Positions 9,921 to 19,612 of a DNA stretch of 64,000 nt are shown one piece after another. Origin of the DNA: Nodosilinea sp. (GTDB lineage Bacteria > Cyanobacteriota > Cyanobacteriia > Phormidesmidales > Phormidesmidaceae). The number at the start of each line of letters is the position of its first letter. Positions within the stretch are counted from its first letter, which is position 1. The DNA lies in assembly GCA_049646445.1 (NCBI GenBank), contig JBARVV010000042.1:11368-75367 (forward strand), given 5' to 3'. The translations under genes were made by a program, and so were the position numbers. The notes under the pieces were generated by a model. It saw nothing but the letters and a program-made list of their open reading frames with translations. It was not told the origin of the DNA and ran no database searches.

Positions 9921-10610
9921 TTACAGCAGCGGCGTCACGTCTTCGCCGCAGTCGTCGGCCAGGTACGACAGGGCGCGAAACCGCAGCCCCACCAGCTGAT
10001 CGTACAGCGGGTTAATTTTGCACATGGGCGGAATGTGCATCAGCTTCTTCTTAAACAGCACCACGTCGCGCTCAAACGGGCACTGCGACGGAATTAGTTT
10101 GCACACAAATCGGGCTAAACGAGGGTCGTGCACTTCTAGCTGGTCGAGCCATTCGCGGGCCGGTTTGAGGGGGTCGAGCTTGCTGCTGTGGTCGGTCGGG
10201 GGGCGCAACCCGGTGGCGACGGCAGTATTCTCAGGTTTGAGGCTGTATATAGTCGATCGCACCGAGGTGAGACAGGTGTCCTGCAGGTTTAGGGCCTCGC
10301 ACAGTGCCTGAAGCTGAGCGTCTTCTTCCACCGAGTAAACGCCGTCGGCTAGAGCCACCATTACCGCCATGCGCAAAAAGTTCTCGGCCACGTGGGGGTC
10401 GTCTCCCAACACCCGGGCTACCTCAGCCGGGGTGACGGGTTCAAAGTGCTTAAAGTCTAGCTCTGGGGCCAGTTCTTCCTCGGTAATGGCGGCAATCAGC
10501 GCCTTCTCTTCTTCGTCAAAATTGCCGTCTGCCCAGGCCAGGGTAAGCAGCCCCCGGAGCCAGACCTTAATCTGCTCCTGGGTGTAGGGAGACTCGGTGA
10601 CTACAGGCAT
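9921..10610 (-). CDS. TerB-like N-terminal domain / Mo-dependent-nitrogenase C-terminal (Mo-nitro_C-like) domain protein
   Basis: The C-terminus (CKLIPSQCPFERDVVLF..HIPPMCKINPLYDQLVGLRFRALSYLADDCGED) resembles the Mo-nitro_C family. The N-terminus (LAWADGNFDEEEKALI) is TerB-like. I chose the ATG at 10610, which has GAGGAAG upstream; the ORF extends to 10670. Confidence 0.65.
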   Translation of the reverse strand: MPVVTESPYTQEQIKVWLRGLLTLAWADGNFDEEEKALIAAITEEELAPELDFKHFEPVTPAEVARVLGDDPHVAENFLRMAVMVALADGVYSVEEDAQLQALCEALNLQDTCLTSVRSTIYSLKPENTAVATGLRPPTDHSSKLDPLKPAREWLDQLEVHDPRLARFVCKLIPSQCPFERDVVLFKKKLMHIPPMCKINPLYDQLVGLRFRALSYLADDCGEDVTPLL

Positions 10611-11438
10611 AATTCTTCCTCGGCAGATACACGGTACAGGCATCACCGTTGGAGATACTCGATAAAGCAATGCCTGAAATAGCGGGCTGTAACGCTTTAA
10701 TTTTAACCTCGTCCGCCAGAGACTGCCTTAGCCAGAGCAAATTTCTCCGCCTCTACTCGGAAGGGCGGCAGCGCCCCATAGGCTCTAAATCCCTAGACAG
10801 TATTAATCAAACCTATAGATAAAAATATATAAAATAAGCCCTATCTATTGTTTGGATTGGAAATTGCAGCCTGTTTAGCGATTCAGCAAGGTTCAATTTC
10901 TGCTCAAGATGCCATAGACTTGGTCATAGGAAAAAGAAAGGTTTAATTGATTGGAATCAATGAATTCCCCCATCGCATTTGGCTTGGCTTCTAACTCATT
11001 CCCAAGACTAGACTCCATAGCCAGTCTGATGACTCACATCCGTGATATGTCGCGCGGCCCTGAAGCTGTGACGGCATTAAGTTTGACCCCGCCAATTCTG
11101 GAGCGCACCTCAGCAGCTTTCAGATTAAGCGGGTCTAGGAAGAGAAAGGTGAATAAGCTGATCAGTGGGTGAGTAGAAGGGTGACGACCTACGCCCCCTT
11201 TTACTCACCCATCCATCCTTTTCTTCCCCCAGTTCTGGTTCGGAGAGAGATAACCAGCGTTGGGAGAATGTGGCCTCCATCGCCAACAGCAGCCACATTT
11301 TCCGGCGCTGGTTTCTGAACCAGCCTACCTCGGCCAGTCTCCCCAAAAGAAAGGCTGGGGTGGGTTTCCTCCTCCAAATTATGGAAGGCCCGCAGTACTA
11401 ACAGCTGCGCAACCACGCCCTCGATCTCTACAACTGCT

Positions 11439-12311
11439 TTGCCCACGACGATGACTAGACTAAGCGAGACCTACTTTGCCGGACGAGTAGCGGTGCTGGC
11501 GACCATGCATGGCAAAGAGCAGGCGATCGCACCCATTTTAGAATCTCAGCTAGGGGTAAGTGTGGCGGTGCCCGCTGGTTTTGATACCGATGCCTTTGGA
11601 ACCTTTACGGGCGATATCAAACGTCCGTCCGATCAGCTCACCACGGCTCGGCTCAAGGCAGCGGCGGTGCTGCGGCAGACGGGAGAAAGCCTGGCGATCG
11701 CCAGCGAGGGCAGCTTTGGGCCGCACCCGCAGATTCCGTTTGTGGCCTGCGATCGCGAGCTGATTTTGCTGAGCGATCGCACCCATCAGCTCGAAATTGT
11801 CGGCATGTGTCTCTCCACTGACACCAACTACCGCAGCCAGGTCATCCACAGCCCGGCCGATGCCCTGGCCTTTGCAGAGTCGGTGGGCTTTCCCCAGCAC
11901 GGGCTGGTGGTCAAGGGCGGCGAGGCCGAGCAAATCTTTGGGAAGGGCATTACCGACAAAGACCAGCTTTTGGCCACCGTAGAACAGGCTCTGAGCCAGT
12001 CGCCCCAGCGCGCCGCCCGGCTTGAAACCGATATGAGAGCGCTCTACAACCCCACCCGCATGGCCGTAATTGCCCAGGCCGTAGAGGATTTGGTGCGGGC
12101 GATCGCGCGCGCTTGTCCGAGCTGTGGGTGTCCCGGCTTTAGCTCGATCAAACAGTTTCCAGGGCTACCCTGTAGCCTCTGTGGCACCCCGACCCTGCTG
12201 ACGCTGGCGCAGCTCTATCGTTGCCAGCGCTGCCAGTTTGAGCAGCGCCTCCCCGGCGACCACGGCTTTTCGGCTGCCGACCCCAGCTATTGCTCCTACT
12301 GCAATCCCTAG
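11439..12311 (+). CDS. Conserved hypothetical protein with four C-terminal CxxC pairs (zinc-ribbon-like)
   Basis: 290-aa ORF with CPSC..CSLC..CQRC..CSYC in the last ~65 aa. I do not recognise the catalytic family. Confidence 0.55.
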   Translation: MPTTMTRLSETYFAGRVAVLATMHGKEQAIAPILESQLGVSVAVPAGFDTDAFGTFTGDIKRPSDQLTTARLKAAAVLRQTGESLAIASEGSFGPHPQIPFVACDRELILLSDRTHQLEIVGMCLSTDTNYRSQVIHSPADALAFAESVGFPQHGLVVKGGEAEQIFGKGITDKDQLLATVEQALSQSPQRAARLETDMRALYNPTRMAVIAQAVEDLVRAIARACPSCGCPGFSSIKQFPGLPCSLCGTPTLLTLAQLYRCQRCQFEQRLPGDHGFSAADPSYCSYCNP

Positions 12312-12374
12312 ATGCCCCCTGGCTCCCTCTCTTCTATCCATAGCCTCAGCACTCCAATCTTCGGCAGAGACGCT

Positions 12375-13052
12375 CTAGCGGCAGGATAGTGTGTGGGCGA
12401 TCGCAGACAGGGTATCGGGCTCATCTACCAGCCAGTTGGGTTGGGCTGCCATCAGCGCCTCGCGGCTGTTAAAGCCCCAGGTCACTGAAATGGGCCGAAT
12501 ACCCGCAAACCGAGCTGCCTGAATATCTCGCACCTCATCGCCCACATAAACCGTTTCGCCAGGGACGAGCTGGTGGCGCTCCAGACATTTAACAATCAGT
12601 CTCCCTTTGCCAAACAGGGTGCCACCGCCATCAATGCTGAAGAAACAGTGATCTAGAGCATGGGCAGTCAAAAAAGCATGAACCACCTCAGGGGTATTTG
12701 AGGTGATCACCGCCAGGGCGTGGTTTTGGGCGTGCAGCTGCCGAATGACGGCTGGCATTCCCTCACAGGGGGCGATCGGGCCACTGTGAGACTTCAATTC
12801 TGCCCGCAGGCGACGGAGCAGGGCAGGAATCTTCAGCACAGGAATGCCAGAATACCGGATCAGCTGTCGTGTGCTGTATCCCTTTAAAGCATCCACCTGA
12901 TCCAGGGGCGTAGGGCGATAGCCAAATTCTGGAGCCAACCGATTGGTAATGTCCACAATGGTCGACAAACTGTCTGCTAGGGTGCCGTCGAAATCAAACA
13001 AAAACGTGGTCAAAGTAGACTTACCCAAAACGCCACGCTTAGCCATCTCCAT
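12375..13052 (-). CDS. HAD-superfamily hydrolase (phosphoglycolate phosphatase-like)
   Basis: Motif I FLFDFDGTLADS, motif II ITSN and motif IV VYVGDEVRD. Confidence 0.8.
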   Translation of the reverse strand: MEMAKRGVLGKSTLTTFLFDFDGTLADSLSTIVDITNRLAPEFGYRPTPLDQVDALKGYSTRQLIRYSGIPVLKIPALLRRLRAELKSHSGPIAPCEGMPAVIRQLHAQNHALAVITSNTPEVVHAFLTAHALDHCFFSIDGGGTLFGKGRLIVKCLERHQLVPGETVYVGDEVRDIQAARFAGIRPISVTWGFNSREALMAAQPNWLVDEPDTLSAIAHTLSCR

Positions 13053-13322
13053 TCAAGAACAAGATTTATAGAGACACCCTCGACCAGCCCAGGACGTAGG
13101 GTTGCTGACCCGGCCCCAATCCCTATGCTAGACCAATCAGCACCATGGGGTAGACCATCACCACCGGCTGGCAAACCGAACCACCACTACCCGGCCCAGC
13201 GAGTCTAAGTTCTCTTCGGGTTGCGGCTGTCCCTGTGTCCCATTGCCAAAAATATGGGGCAATATGGGTGGGTTACCGTGGGCAGGGGGTTCTCATTCCG
13301 TTGAGGCTATGGTGTTGAGGCT

Positions 13323-14471
13323 ATGGTTTTAAGTGGTTTAACCAATTGCAGAAGCGCTGGGGCTACAGCTCGCTGCGCTTGGTGGTGGCTGGCTCTCTTA
13401 GGTGGAGGTCTCGTGGCCCTACCTGCGATCGCTCAGGTTCCAGTGCCCTTAAACTCGCCTATCGGCCCGCCCAACCTACCGATCAGAACCGATCCTGCTA
13501 CCGGCTTTGACACCACCTTTGACAGCTATCGCTTAGGGCCGGGTGACAGCATTTTTGTTGGGGTGCAGCGGTTTCCAGACCTGAGCTTTCCGGCCACCTT
13601 AGACATCCAGGGCAATGTGGTAGTGCCCCTGGCCGGCACCGTCAATCTGGCGGGGCTGACCCTAGACCAGGCCCGCGACCAGCTCTACAGCCGCTACGAC
13701 CAGTACGTGGTCAACCCCGATGTATCGCTCATTCTTACGGCCCAGCGGCCGGTGGAGGTGACGGTAGTGGGCGAGGTACCGCGTCCGGGGCTATACCCGC
13801 TGCAGGCTCCGCAGCTATCGGTGGCGCTGCTGACGGCGGGGGGCTCTACCGCTCTGGCCGATCTGCGCGTTGTCCAGGTCGATCGGCCCCTGCAGGATGG
13901 CTCGCTGCTGACGCGCCAGGTCGACCTATTCACCCCGCTGCTGCAGGGCGAACCCCTCCCCCAGGTGCTGCTCCAGGACGGCGATGTGATTACCGTACCC
14001 CGCCTCGCTCCCGATGATGTGGAGAGCTACGATCGCGATCTGGTCGCCACTTCCACCCTGGCGCGGCCCGAAATTACGGTGCGGGTGCTCAACCGGGCCT
14101 CGGGAGCGCGGGGGCTGGAGGCCCGCTTTGGGGCAATCAACCTGCGCAACGGCAGCCGCTTTTTAGATGCGCTGGCGGTGGCGGGGGTGAACCCCGATGT
14201 GGCGGCCTACAACCGGATTGCGGTGCTGCGCTTTAACCCTGAGACTGGCACGGCTGATACGATCATGGTAGACGCAACGGCGGCTGTAAATGGCGATTTG
14301 AGCGAGAATATTCCGCTCCAGGAAAATGACATTTTGGTGGTCGATCGCAATCTGCTGACGCGGGTAAGCTACGCCCTGAACACGTTCACTCAGCCCTTTC
14401 GCGATGTGCTGGGCTTCCTGCTCTTTTTCGACTCGCTGACCGACTCAGCCGATTCGTTATTTAGGCCCTAG
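13323..14471 (+). CDS. Polysaccharide export protein (Wza-like; Poly_export plus SLBB-type)
   Basis: Signal peptide, the YRLGPGDSIFV motif, and repeated soluble-ligand-binding beta-grasp-like segments. A Wzc-like gene follows 10 nt downstream. Confidence 0.8.
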   Translation: MVLSGLTNCRSAGATARCAWWWLALLGGGLVALPAIAQVPVPLNSPIGPPNLPIRTDPATGFDTTFDSYRLGPGDSIFVGVQRFPDLSFPATLDIQGNVVVPLAGTVNLAGLTLDQARDQLYSRYDQYVVNPDVSLILTAQRPVEVTVVGEVPRPGLYPLQAPQLSVALLTAGGSTALADLRVVQVDRPLQDGSLLTRQVDLFTPLLQGEPLPQVLLQDGDVITVPRLAPDDVESYDRDLVATSTLARPEITVRVLNRASGARGLEARFGAINLRNGSRFLDALAVAGVNPDVAAYNRIAVLRFNPETGTADTIMVDATAAVNGDLSENIPLQENDILVVDRNLLTRVSYALNTFTQPFRDVLGFLLFFDSLTDSADSLFRP

Positions 14472-14481
14472 GAAAACGGCA

Positions 14482-16650
14482 ATGGTTTCTCCGTTTGTTA
14501 AGCGCTATCTGCTGGCTCTCGATCGCTACAAGTGGCCCAGTCTGGCCACGCTGCTGGGCATTTTGGGCATTTCGGCAGTAGTGGCGATGCAGCCACCGCC
14601 GCCGCCCCAGTACCGGGCCGAGGGGGTGCTGGTGCAAAACGCCCCGGTGGTCGCCCTGACGACAACCGGCACCGAGGTACAGCTGCGGGGTCAGGGAATT
14701 ATCTCGGAGCAGTTTTTGCTGGCCGATGTGCTGCTACAGCAGGTGTCCCAGGAACTGGAGCGGCGGGGGCTGCCGATGGAGCCGGAGACCATTCGCGATC
14801 GCACTACGGTCAGGCTAGAGGGCCTCGAGGGCGAAGAACTTCAGGTACAGCGAGTGACGGTGGTGTTTCGCGGTGCCAGCGAAGAGCAAACTCAGCTCAC
14901 CCTCAGCCTGATGTTTGAAGCGATGGTCGAACTCAGCCGGGTGACCAACCGGGCGCGGCTGCGGGCCATTGTCACTGCCCTCGACGAGCGTCTGCCAGCG
15001 GTGGAGGTCGACCTGCGCGCCGCCGAGCAGGCCCTGGAGGCCTACGATCGCACCGAAGGCCCAGCCATCCAGGCGGCCCTCGACGGCAGCCTGCTGGGGG
15101 CGATCTCGGGCGGGCAGCAGCAGCAGCGTGAGAACCAGATTGCCCTGGCGGGGCTAGACTCCCAGATTCAGAGCCTGCAGCAGCGGCTGGGCCTGTCGCC
15201 GGGGCAGGCCTTTACGGCCTCGGCCCTGAGCGCCGACCCGATTATTGCCCAGCTGCGATCGCAAATTTTAGAAACCGAAACCCAGATCCAGCTGCTGTCG
15301 CCCACCCTGCGCGAGTCGCACCCGACCATGCAAGAGCTGCGCCAGAACCTAACGGCCTACAACGCCCTGCTGACGGAGCGAGCCCAGGAGGTGGTCGGTG
15401 GCCAAGACCTGGCAGCATTGCCCAGCGTCAGCGACGTGCGCCAAAACAGCACCCTTGACCCGGCCCGCGCCGCCCTGGCCAACCAGTTGGTCAGCCTCAG
15501 CGCCGAGCGGGCCGCCCTGGTTAGCCAGCAGCAGGCGATCAGCCAGGCCGATGGACAGCTGCGGCAGCAGTACTCCAGCCTGCCCAACAAGCAGCTCGAG
15601 CGCGATCGCCTGGCCCAGCAGGTCGGCCTCAACCAGGCCCTCTACGACCAGATCCAGGCCAAGCGCATTGATGCCCAGGCGGCTGAGGCCGAAACCGTCA
15701 GCAGTTTGACCGTGGCGGAACCGCCCACCGTGGTTGCCCAGGTTGAGGAGCCCACCAACCCGATCGTGGTCTTGGCCGTGGGCGGGCTGCTGGGGGTGGT
15801 CGCCGCCGGGGCGGTTGCCTTTCTGCTCGATATGCTCGACAGCACGGCCCGCACCGCCGAAGACATCCAGGGCATTCTGACTGACCAGGATGTGCCGCTG
15901 CTGGGGCTGGTGCCGAGCCTGGACGCCACCTCAGCCCAGGGCTGGCCCATGCTCTACCAACCGCACAGCCCCGATCTCGAAATCTATGAGCGATTGCGCA
16001 GCAGCCTGCGGCGGGCGGGCAGTCTGTCCGAATCGGGCGCTGCCCCACGGGTGGTGCTGGTGGTGAGCAGCCGGGCGGGCGAGGGCAAAACCACCAGCGC
16101 CTTTAACCTTGGCATTGCCGCCGCCCGCGCCGGTCGCCGCACGCTGGTGATCGAGGCTGACCTGCGCCAGCCCTCCTGCGGGCCACGGCTGGGGGTAAGG
16201 CTGGGGGCAGAAGCGATCGCTGAACCGCTCCACTACTACGCTGGTCGTCACCAAGAGCCCATTCAGCTGGCCCCCTGGGTCGAAAATCTCTACCTGGCCC
16301 CCAGCCCTGGCCCCCAGCCCCACCCAGCCGCGATTTTAGAATCGAGCGAAATGGGCCAGTTTTTGGCCGACGCCCGTGCCCGCTTCGACCTGGTGCTAAT
16401 CGACGCACCACCCCTAGGCCGCAGCAATGATGCCCTGCTGCTGGGGGCCGCCAGCGACGGTCTGCTGCTGGTCACCCGCCCCGGCATCACCGATAAAGCC
16501 GTGCTGGAGGCCCTGTTAGAGCAGCTCTTAGAAAACGAGGATCTGCCGGTGCTGGGGGCGATTGTCAACGTGGCCGATCGCGCCGCTACCCCCGGCCTCG
16601 CTGCGCCTGCTCCGGCCCCACCCCCGCTGATTCGCTCTGTCGACTTTTAG
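14482..16650 (+). CDS. Wzc/GumC-like polysaccharide co-polymerase with a C-terminal P-loop ATPase domain
   Basis: N-terminal TM segment, a long coiled-coil periplasmic region, a second TM segment, Walker A SSRAGEGKTT, A' VIEADLRQP and Walker B DLVLIDAPP. Confidence 0.8.
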   Translation: MVSPFVKRYLLALDRYKWPSLATLLGILGISAVVAMQPPPPPQYRAEGVLVQNAPVVALTTTGTEVQLRGQGIISEQFLLADVLLQQVSQELERRGLPMEPETIRDRTTVRLEGLEGEELQVQRVTVVFRGASEEQTQLTLSLMFEAMVELSRVTNRARLRAIVTALDERLPAVEVDLRAAEQALEAYDRTEGPAIQAALDGSLLGAISGGQQQQRENQIALAGLDSQIQSLQQRLGLSPGQAFTASALSADPIIAQLRSQILETETQIQLLSPTLRESHPTMQELRQNLTAYNALLTERAQEVVGGQDLAALPSVSDVRQNSTLDPARAALANQLVSLSAERAALVSQQQAISQADGQLRQQYSSLPNKQLERDRLAQQVGLNQALYDQIQAKRIDAQAAEAETVSSLTVAEPPTVVAQVEEPTNPIVVLAVGGLLGVVAAGAVAFLLDMLDSTARTAEDIQGILTDQDVPLLGLVPSLDATSAQGWPMLYQPHSPDLEIYERLRSSLRRAGSLSESGAAPRVVLVVSSRAGEGKTTSAFNLGIAAARAGRRTLVIEADLRQPSCGPRLGVRLGAEAIAEPLHYYAGRHQEPIQLAPWVENLYLAPSPGPQPHPAAILESSEMGQFLADARARFDLVLIDAPPLGRSNDALLLGAASDGLLLVTRPGITDKAVLEALLEQLLENEDLPVLGAIVNVADRAATPGLAAPAPAPPPLIRSVDF

Positions 16651-16745
16651 GCGACTTTTAGGCGACTTCTAGCCGGACTAGCCTAGGGTAAGCGCTTAGG
16701 ATAGGATCGTATGCTGTAGATTCTGTAGCCGTTTGGAGCGATCGC

Positions 16746-17462
16746 TTGCCTACCCTGGGAGTCAACATCGACCACATTGCCACCATTCGCCAGGCCCGCC
16801 GCACGGTAGAGCCTGACCCGGTGGCCGCAGCGGTGCTGGCCGAGCTAGCCGGTGCCGACGGCATTACCGTACACCTGCGCGAAGACCGCCGCCACATGCA
16901 AGACCGCGACGTGCGCCTGCTGCGGCAGACCGTGCACACCCATCTCAACCTGGAGATGGCCGCCACCGATGAAATGGTGGCGATCGCCCTCGATGTCAAG
17001 CCCGACTACGTCACCCTGGTGCCCGAGCGGCGCGAAGAGGTGACCACCGAAGGCGGGCTGGATGTGGCAGGCCAGGGCGATCGCATGAAAGCTGTGGTGG
17101 GTGCTCTCCAGGGGGCCAATATTCCGGTCAGTCTATTCATTGATGCGGCGGCTGACCAGATCGAAGCTTCCGCCCAGGTAGGAGCCCAGTTCATTGAGCT
17201 GCACACCGGCCCCTACGCCGAGGCCAAAGTAGAGCGCGACCTGGCCCAAGAACTCACCATCCTCGCCCAGGGTACGGCCCAGGCGTTAGCCCTCGGGCTG
17301 CGGGTCAATGCCGGCCACGGCCTCACCTACTGGAACACCACCCCCGTCGCCCGCATCCCCGGCATGGAGGAACTCAACATCGGCCACAGCATTATCAGCC
17401 GCGCCGTTTTGGTCGGCCTAGAGCGCGCCGTTCGCGAGATGAAAGCGTTGATTCAGTCATAA
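16746..17462 (+). CDS. pdxJ: Pyridoxine 5'-phosphate synthase
   Basis: [31 protein letters not shown] and NAGHGL motifs. TTG start as in the ORF track. Confidence 0.9.
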   Translation: MPTLGVNIDHIATIRQARRTVEPDPVAAAVLAELAGADGITVHLREDRRHMQDRDVRLLRQTVHTHLNLEMAATDEMVAIALDVKPDYVTLVPERREEVTTEGGLDVAGQGDRMKAVVGALQGANIPVSLFIDAAADQIEASAQVGAQFIELHTGPYAEAKVERDLAQELTILAQGTAQALALGLRVNAGHGLTYWNTTPVARIPGMEELNIGHSIISRAVLVGLERAVREMKALIQS

Positions 17463-17539
17463 AGTGTAAAGCCTTATCCTTTACTCTTCCCCCTTTACCC
17501 TCGCCTCTCTTCACCCTCACCTCTAAGGAGATTTTCGAT

Positions 17540-17872
17540 ATGACCACCTACTACTACGCTGTCGCCAGCCAAAAATTTCTGCTCGAAGAAGAACCCCTAG
17601 AAGAAGTACTCAAAGAACGCCGCCGCTACTACCAGGAACAGGAGCAGGAAGTGAATTTTTGGCTGGTCAAGTCTCCTGCCTTCCTAGAGGCTCCCGAACT
17701 GGCCAGCGTCAAGACTCGCTGCCCGCAGCCTGCAGTGGCCCTGGTTTCGACCAGCAAGCAGTTTATTACCTGGGTGAAGCTGCGGTTTGAGTACGTAGGC
17801 ATCGGCGAGTTTGAAGCCCCCTCCAAAACAATTCCCGACCCGCTGGCCTCCTTAGATGCGGTAACATCCTAA
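17540..17872 (+). CDS. ycf54: Ycf54-like protein (Mg-protoporphyrin IX monomethyl ester cyclase-associated factor)
   Basis: 110 aa with MTTYYYAVASQKFLLEEEPLEEVLKERRRYY..FWLV..PAFL..WVKLRFEYV..FEAPS..IPDPLASL, which matches my recollection of Ycf54/DUF2488. AAGGAG lies upstream of the ATG. Confidence 0.65.
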   Translation: MTTYYYAVASQKFLLEEEPLEEVLKERRRYYQEQEQEVNFWLVKSPAFLEAPELASVKTRCPQPAVALVSTSKQFITWVKLRFEYVGIGEFEAPSKTIPDPLASLDAVTS

Positions 17873-17965
17873 CCATAGACAGATGACGCAGCGGATGAAG
17901 TTACGATCAAAACCTGGAATCTCTGCGCTGCGATCGGTGGTTTAGGCTAGAATCGCTGGCAGACT

Positions 17966-18817
17966 TTGGCAATAAAGAAATCAATGGTACAGGGTTTGAG
18001 ACGGAGCAGTAGAACGCGAGTACGGCTTTTTCAGCGGCATGTTCTCAGGCCGGGGGCCATTGTCCTGGGTTTGATGCTTGCCCCCGTGGTGGGTTTCTGG
18101 AACCCGGTAAAAGCTCAGTTTCCGCCCTGTCCGCCGCCGTCTGCCAACGAGTACCTGCTGCTGGTGCGCAGCAACACCGAGGCCGAGCGCGATCGCGTAC
18201 AAGATCTGCTGCCCTCAAATAGCACTGTCCTGGTCTGTGACTACCTCAACGATACGGTGGTGCGAGCGGGCGGGTTTACCAACTTGGAGAACGCCAACGC
18301 CTGGGCCCAGTACATGACCGAGGTAGAAGGCTTTCAGGCTTTTGTCGCCCGACCGGCCACCACCGTAGCCCAGCCTGCACCTCCCAGCGGCACCCCAAAT
18401 GGCGGCACAAATGGCGAGGCCCCAAATGGCGAGGCCCCAGAAACTCCGGCCAGTGGCGCTACCTCACCCGCTACGGGCACCGCCCCCGCCCCCGGTAGCC
18501 CCGCTAATGGCACTCCGGCTGCGCCTCAGCCAGCGTCAACCGCCTACGCGCCCCAGCCGCTGGGCACGGGCTTTGCGGTGCTGGTCGACTATCAGTATCA
18601 GCCCGAATCTGCGATCGCCATTCAGCGCCAGGTGGGTCAGGCCGTGGGGCTAGCGGTACACCGCCAGCGATCGTACCTGCTGATTGCCCACAGCCCCGAT
18701 GTCGATGGCGCGGCCTCTACTCTGGCGGTGCTTAACAGCCTGAATATTCCCGGCTTCATCGTCGATAGCCAGGACGTGGTGATGCTGACTCCGGCGGTAG
18801 CGCTGACGGCTCAGTAA
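17966..18817 (+). CDS. Hypothetical secreted protein: two SPOR-like modules joined by a Pro/Ala/Gly-rich linker
   Basis: Has an N-terminal hydrophobic segment and a low-complexity linker (NGGTNGEAPNGEAP..). The flanking ~70-aa modules resemble SPOR folds only weakly. The start is uncertain (TTG 17966 or ATG 17984). Confidence 0.45.
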   Translation: MAIKKSMVQGLRRSSRTRVRLFQRHVLRPGAIVLGLMLAPVVGFWNPVKAQFPPCPPPSANEYLLLVRSNTEAERDRVQDLLPSNSTVLVCDYLNDTVVRAGGFTNLENANAWAQYMTEVEGFQAFVARPATTVAQPAPPSGTPNGGTNGEAPNGEAPETPASGATSPATGTAPAPGSPANGTPAAPQPASTAYAPQPLGTGFAVLVDYQYQPESAIAIQRQVGQAVGLAVHRQRSYLLIAHSPDVDGAASTLAVLNSLNIPGFIVDSQDVVMLTPAVALTAQ

Positions 18818-18848
18818 TCGCCCTCTTATTTCCCAGGAAGGCAAAACT

Positions 18849-18991
18849 GTAGGGGCAAATGGCATTTGCCCTGCCGAATCGGGGACAACGAAGCAGGATT
18901 TGCCATAACACACTGGCGAGAGGGACATAAAGAGGGATAAAACCCTTGGTCTAAGCCAATACCCCAAGGGCAAACAACCGTTTGCCCCTAC
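18849..18991. repeat. Palindromic intergenic element, family R4 (outer inverted repeat gtaggggcaaa/tttgcccctac, two inner 8-bp hairpins)
   Basis: The hairpins gggcaaat-ggc-atttgccc and gggcaaac-aacc-gtttgccc lie between convergent genes. Confidence 0.5.
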
Positions 18992-19015
18992 GGGTCGGGA
19001 TTCAAGAAGATTGGC

Positions 19016-19483
19016 TTAATAAGCTGGGGCGGCTAGGTACGAGATCATCACGCCCAAAATTGACCCAGCAATTACCTGAAAAGGGGTGTGGCCCAGCAGC
19101 TCTTTGAGGCGGTCTTCGCGCAGCTCCGGCTTTTCTTGAAACAGCTCGTCAATAATTTGGTTGAGCACCTTCGCCTGCAGGCCAGCCGCCTGACGCACCC
19201 CCGCCGCGTCGTACATAACAATGATTGAAAATACCGATGTAGCCGCAAACAGAGGGCTGGCCCAGCCCAGGGTCTGCCCCACGCCACAGGCAAGGGCCGT
19301 CACTAGGGCCGAGTGGGCGCTGGGCATGCCGCCGGTGCCCACCATCACCCGCAGGTTGAACTTACGGTGGCGCACCAGCTCGATAAAGGCCTTCAGCACC
19401 TGAGCCGTAAGGCAGGCAATCAGAGCCACAATCAGCACGTGGTTGTTGAGAATATCGCTAATACTATCCATCGGCTCAGGCAA
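19016..19483 (-). CDS. Divergent PAP2 family membrane protein (DUF212-like)
   Basis: Contains GGMPSAHSALVTAL, YDAAGVR and multiple TM helices. Confidence 0.8.
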   Translation of the reverse strand: MPEPMDSISDILNNHVLIVALIACLTAQVLKAFIELVRHRKFNLRVMVGTGGMPSAHSALVTALACGVGQTLGWASPLFAATSVFSIIVMYDAAGVRQAAGLQAKVLNQIIDELFQEKPELREDRLKELLGHTPFQVIAGSILGVMISYLAAPAY

Positions 19484-19612
19484 CCCTAGGGCGTGTCATC
19501 AATTTTGGCTACAATCCTTATCCTATCAGCGCTGCCACGCCCAACCTCCAAAAACAAGCTAGGGGCTGTAGCTGCTGATTCTTAGGCTGTCAGCAATAGC
19601 TGATGGCAGCCC

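Noticed and set aside
16641-16673. 11-bp tandem repeat (cgacttttagg x2 plus cgacttctagc) at the end of the Wzc-like gene
   Set aside because: The repeat is real, but the stop codon lies in the first unit, so copy-number change would not alter the protein. It is probably slippage debris of little consequence.
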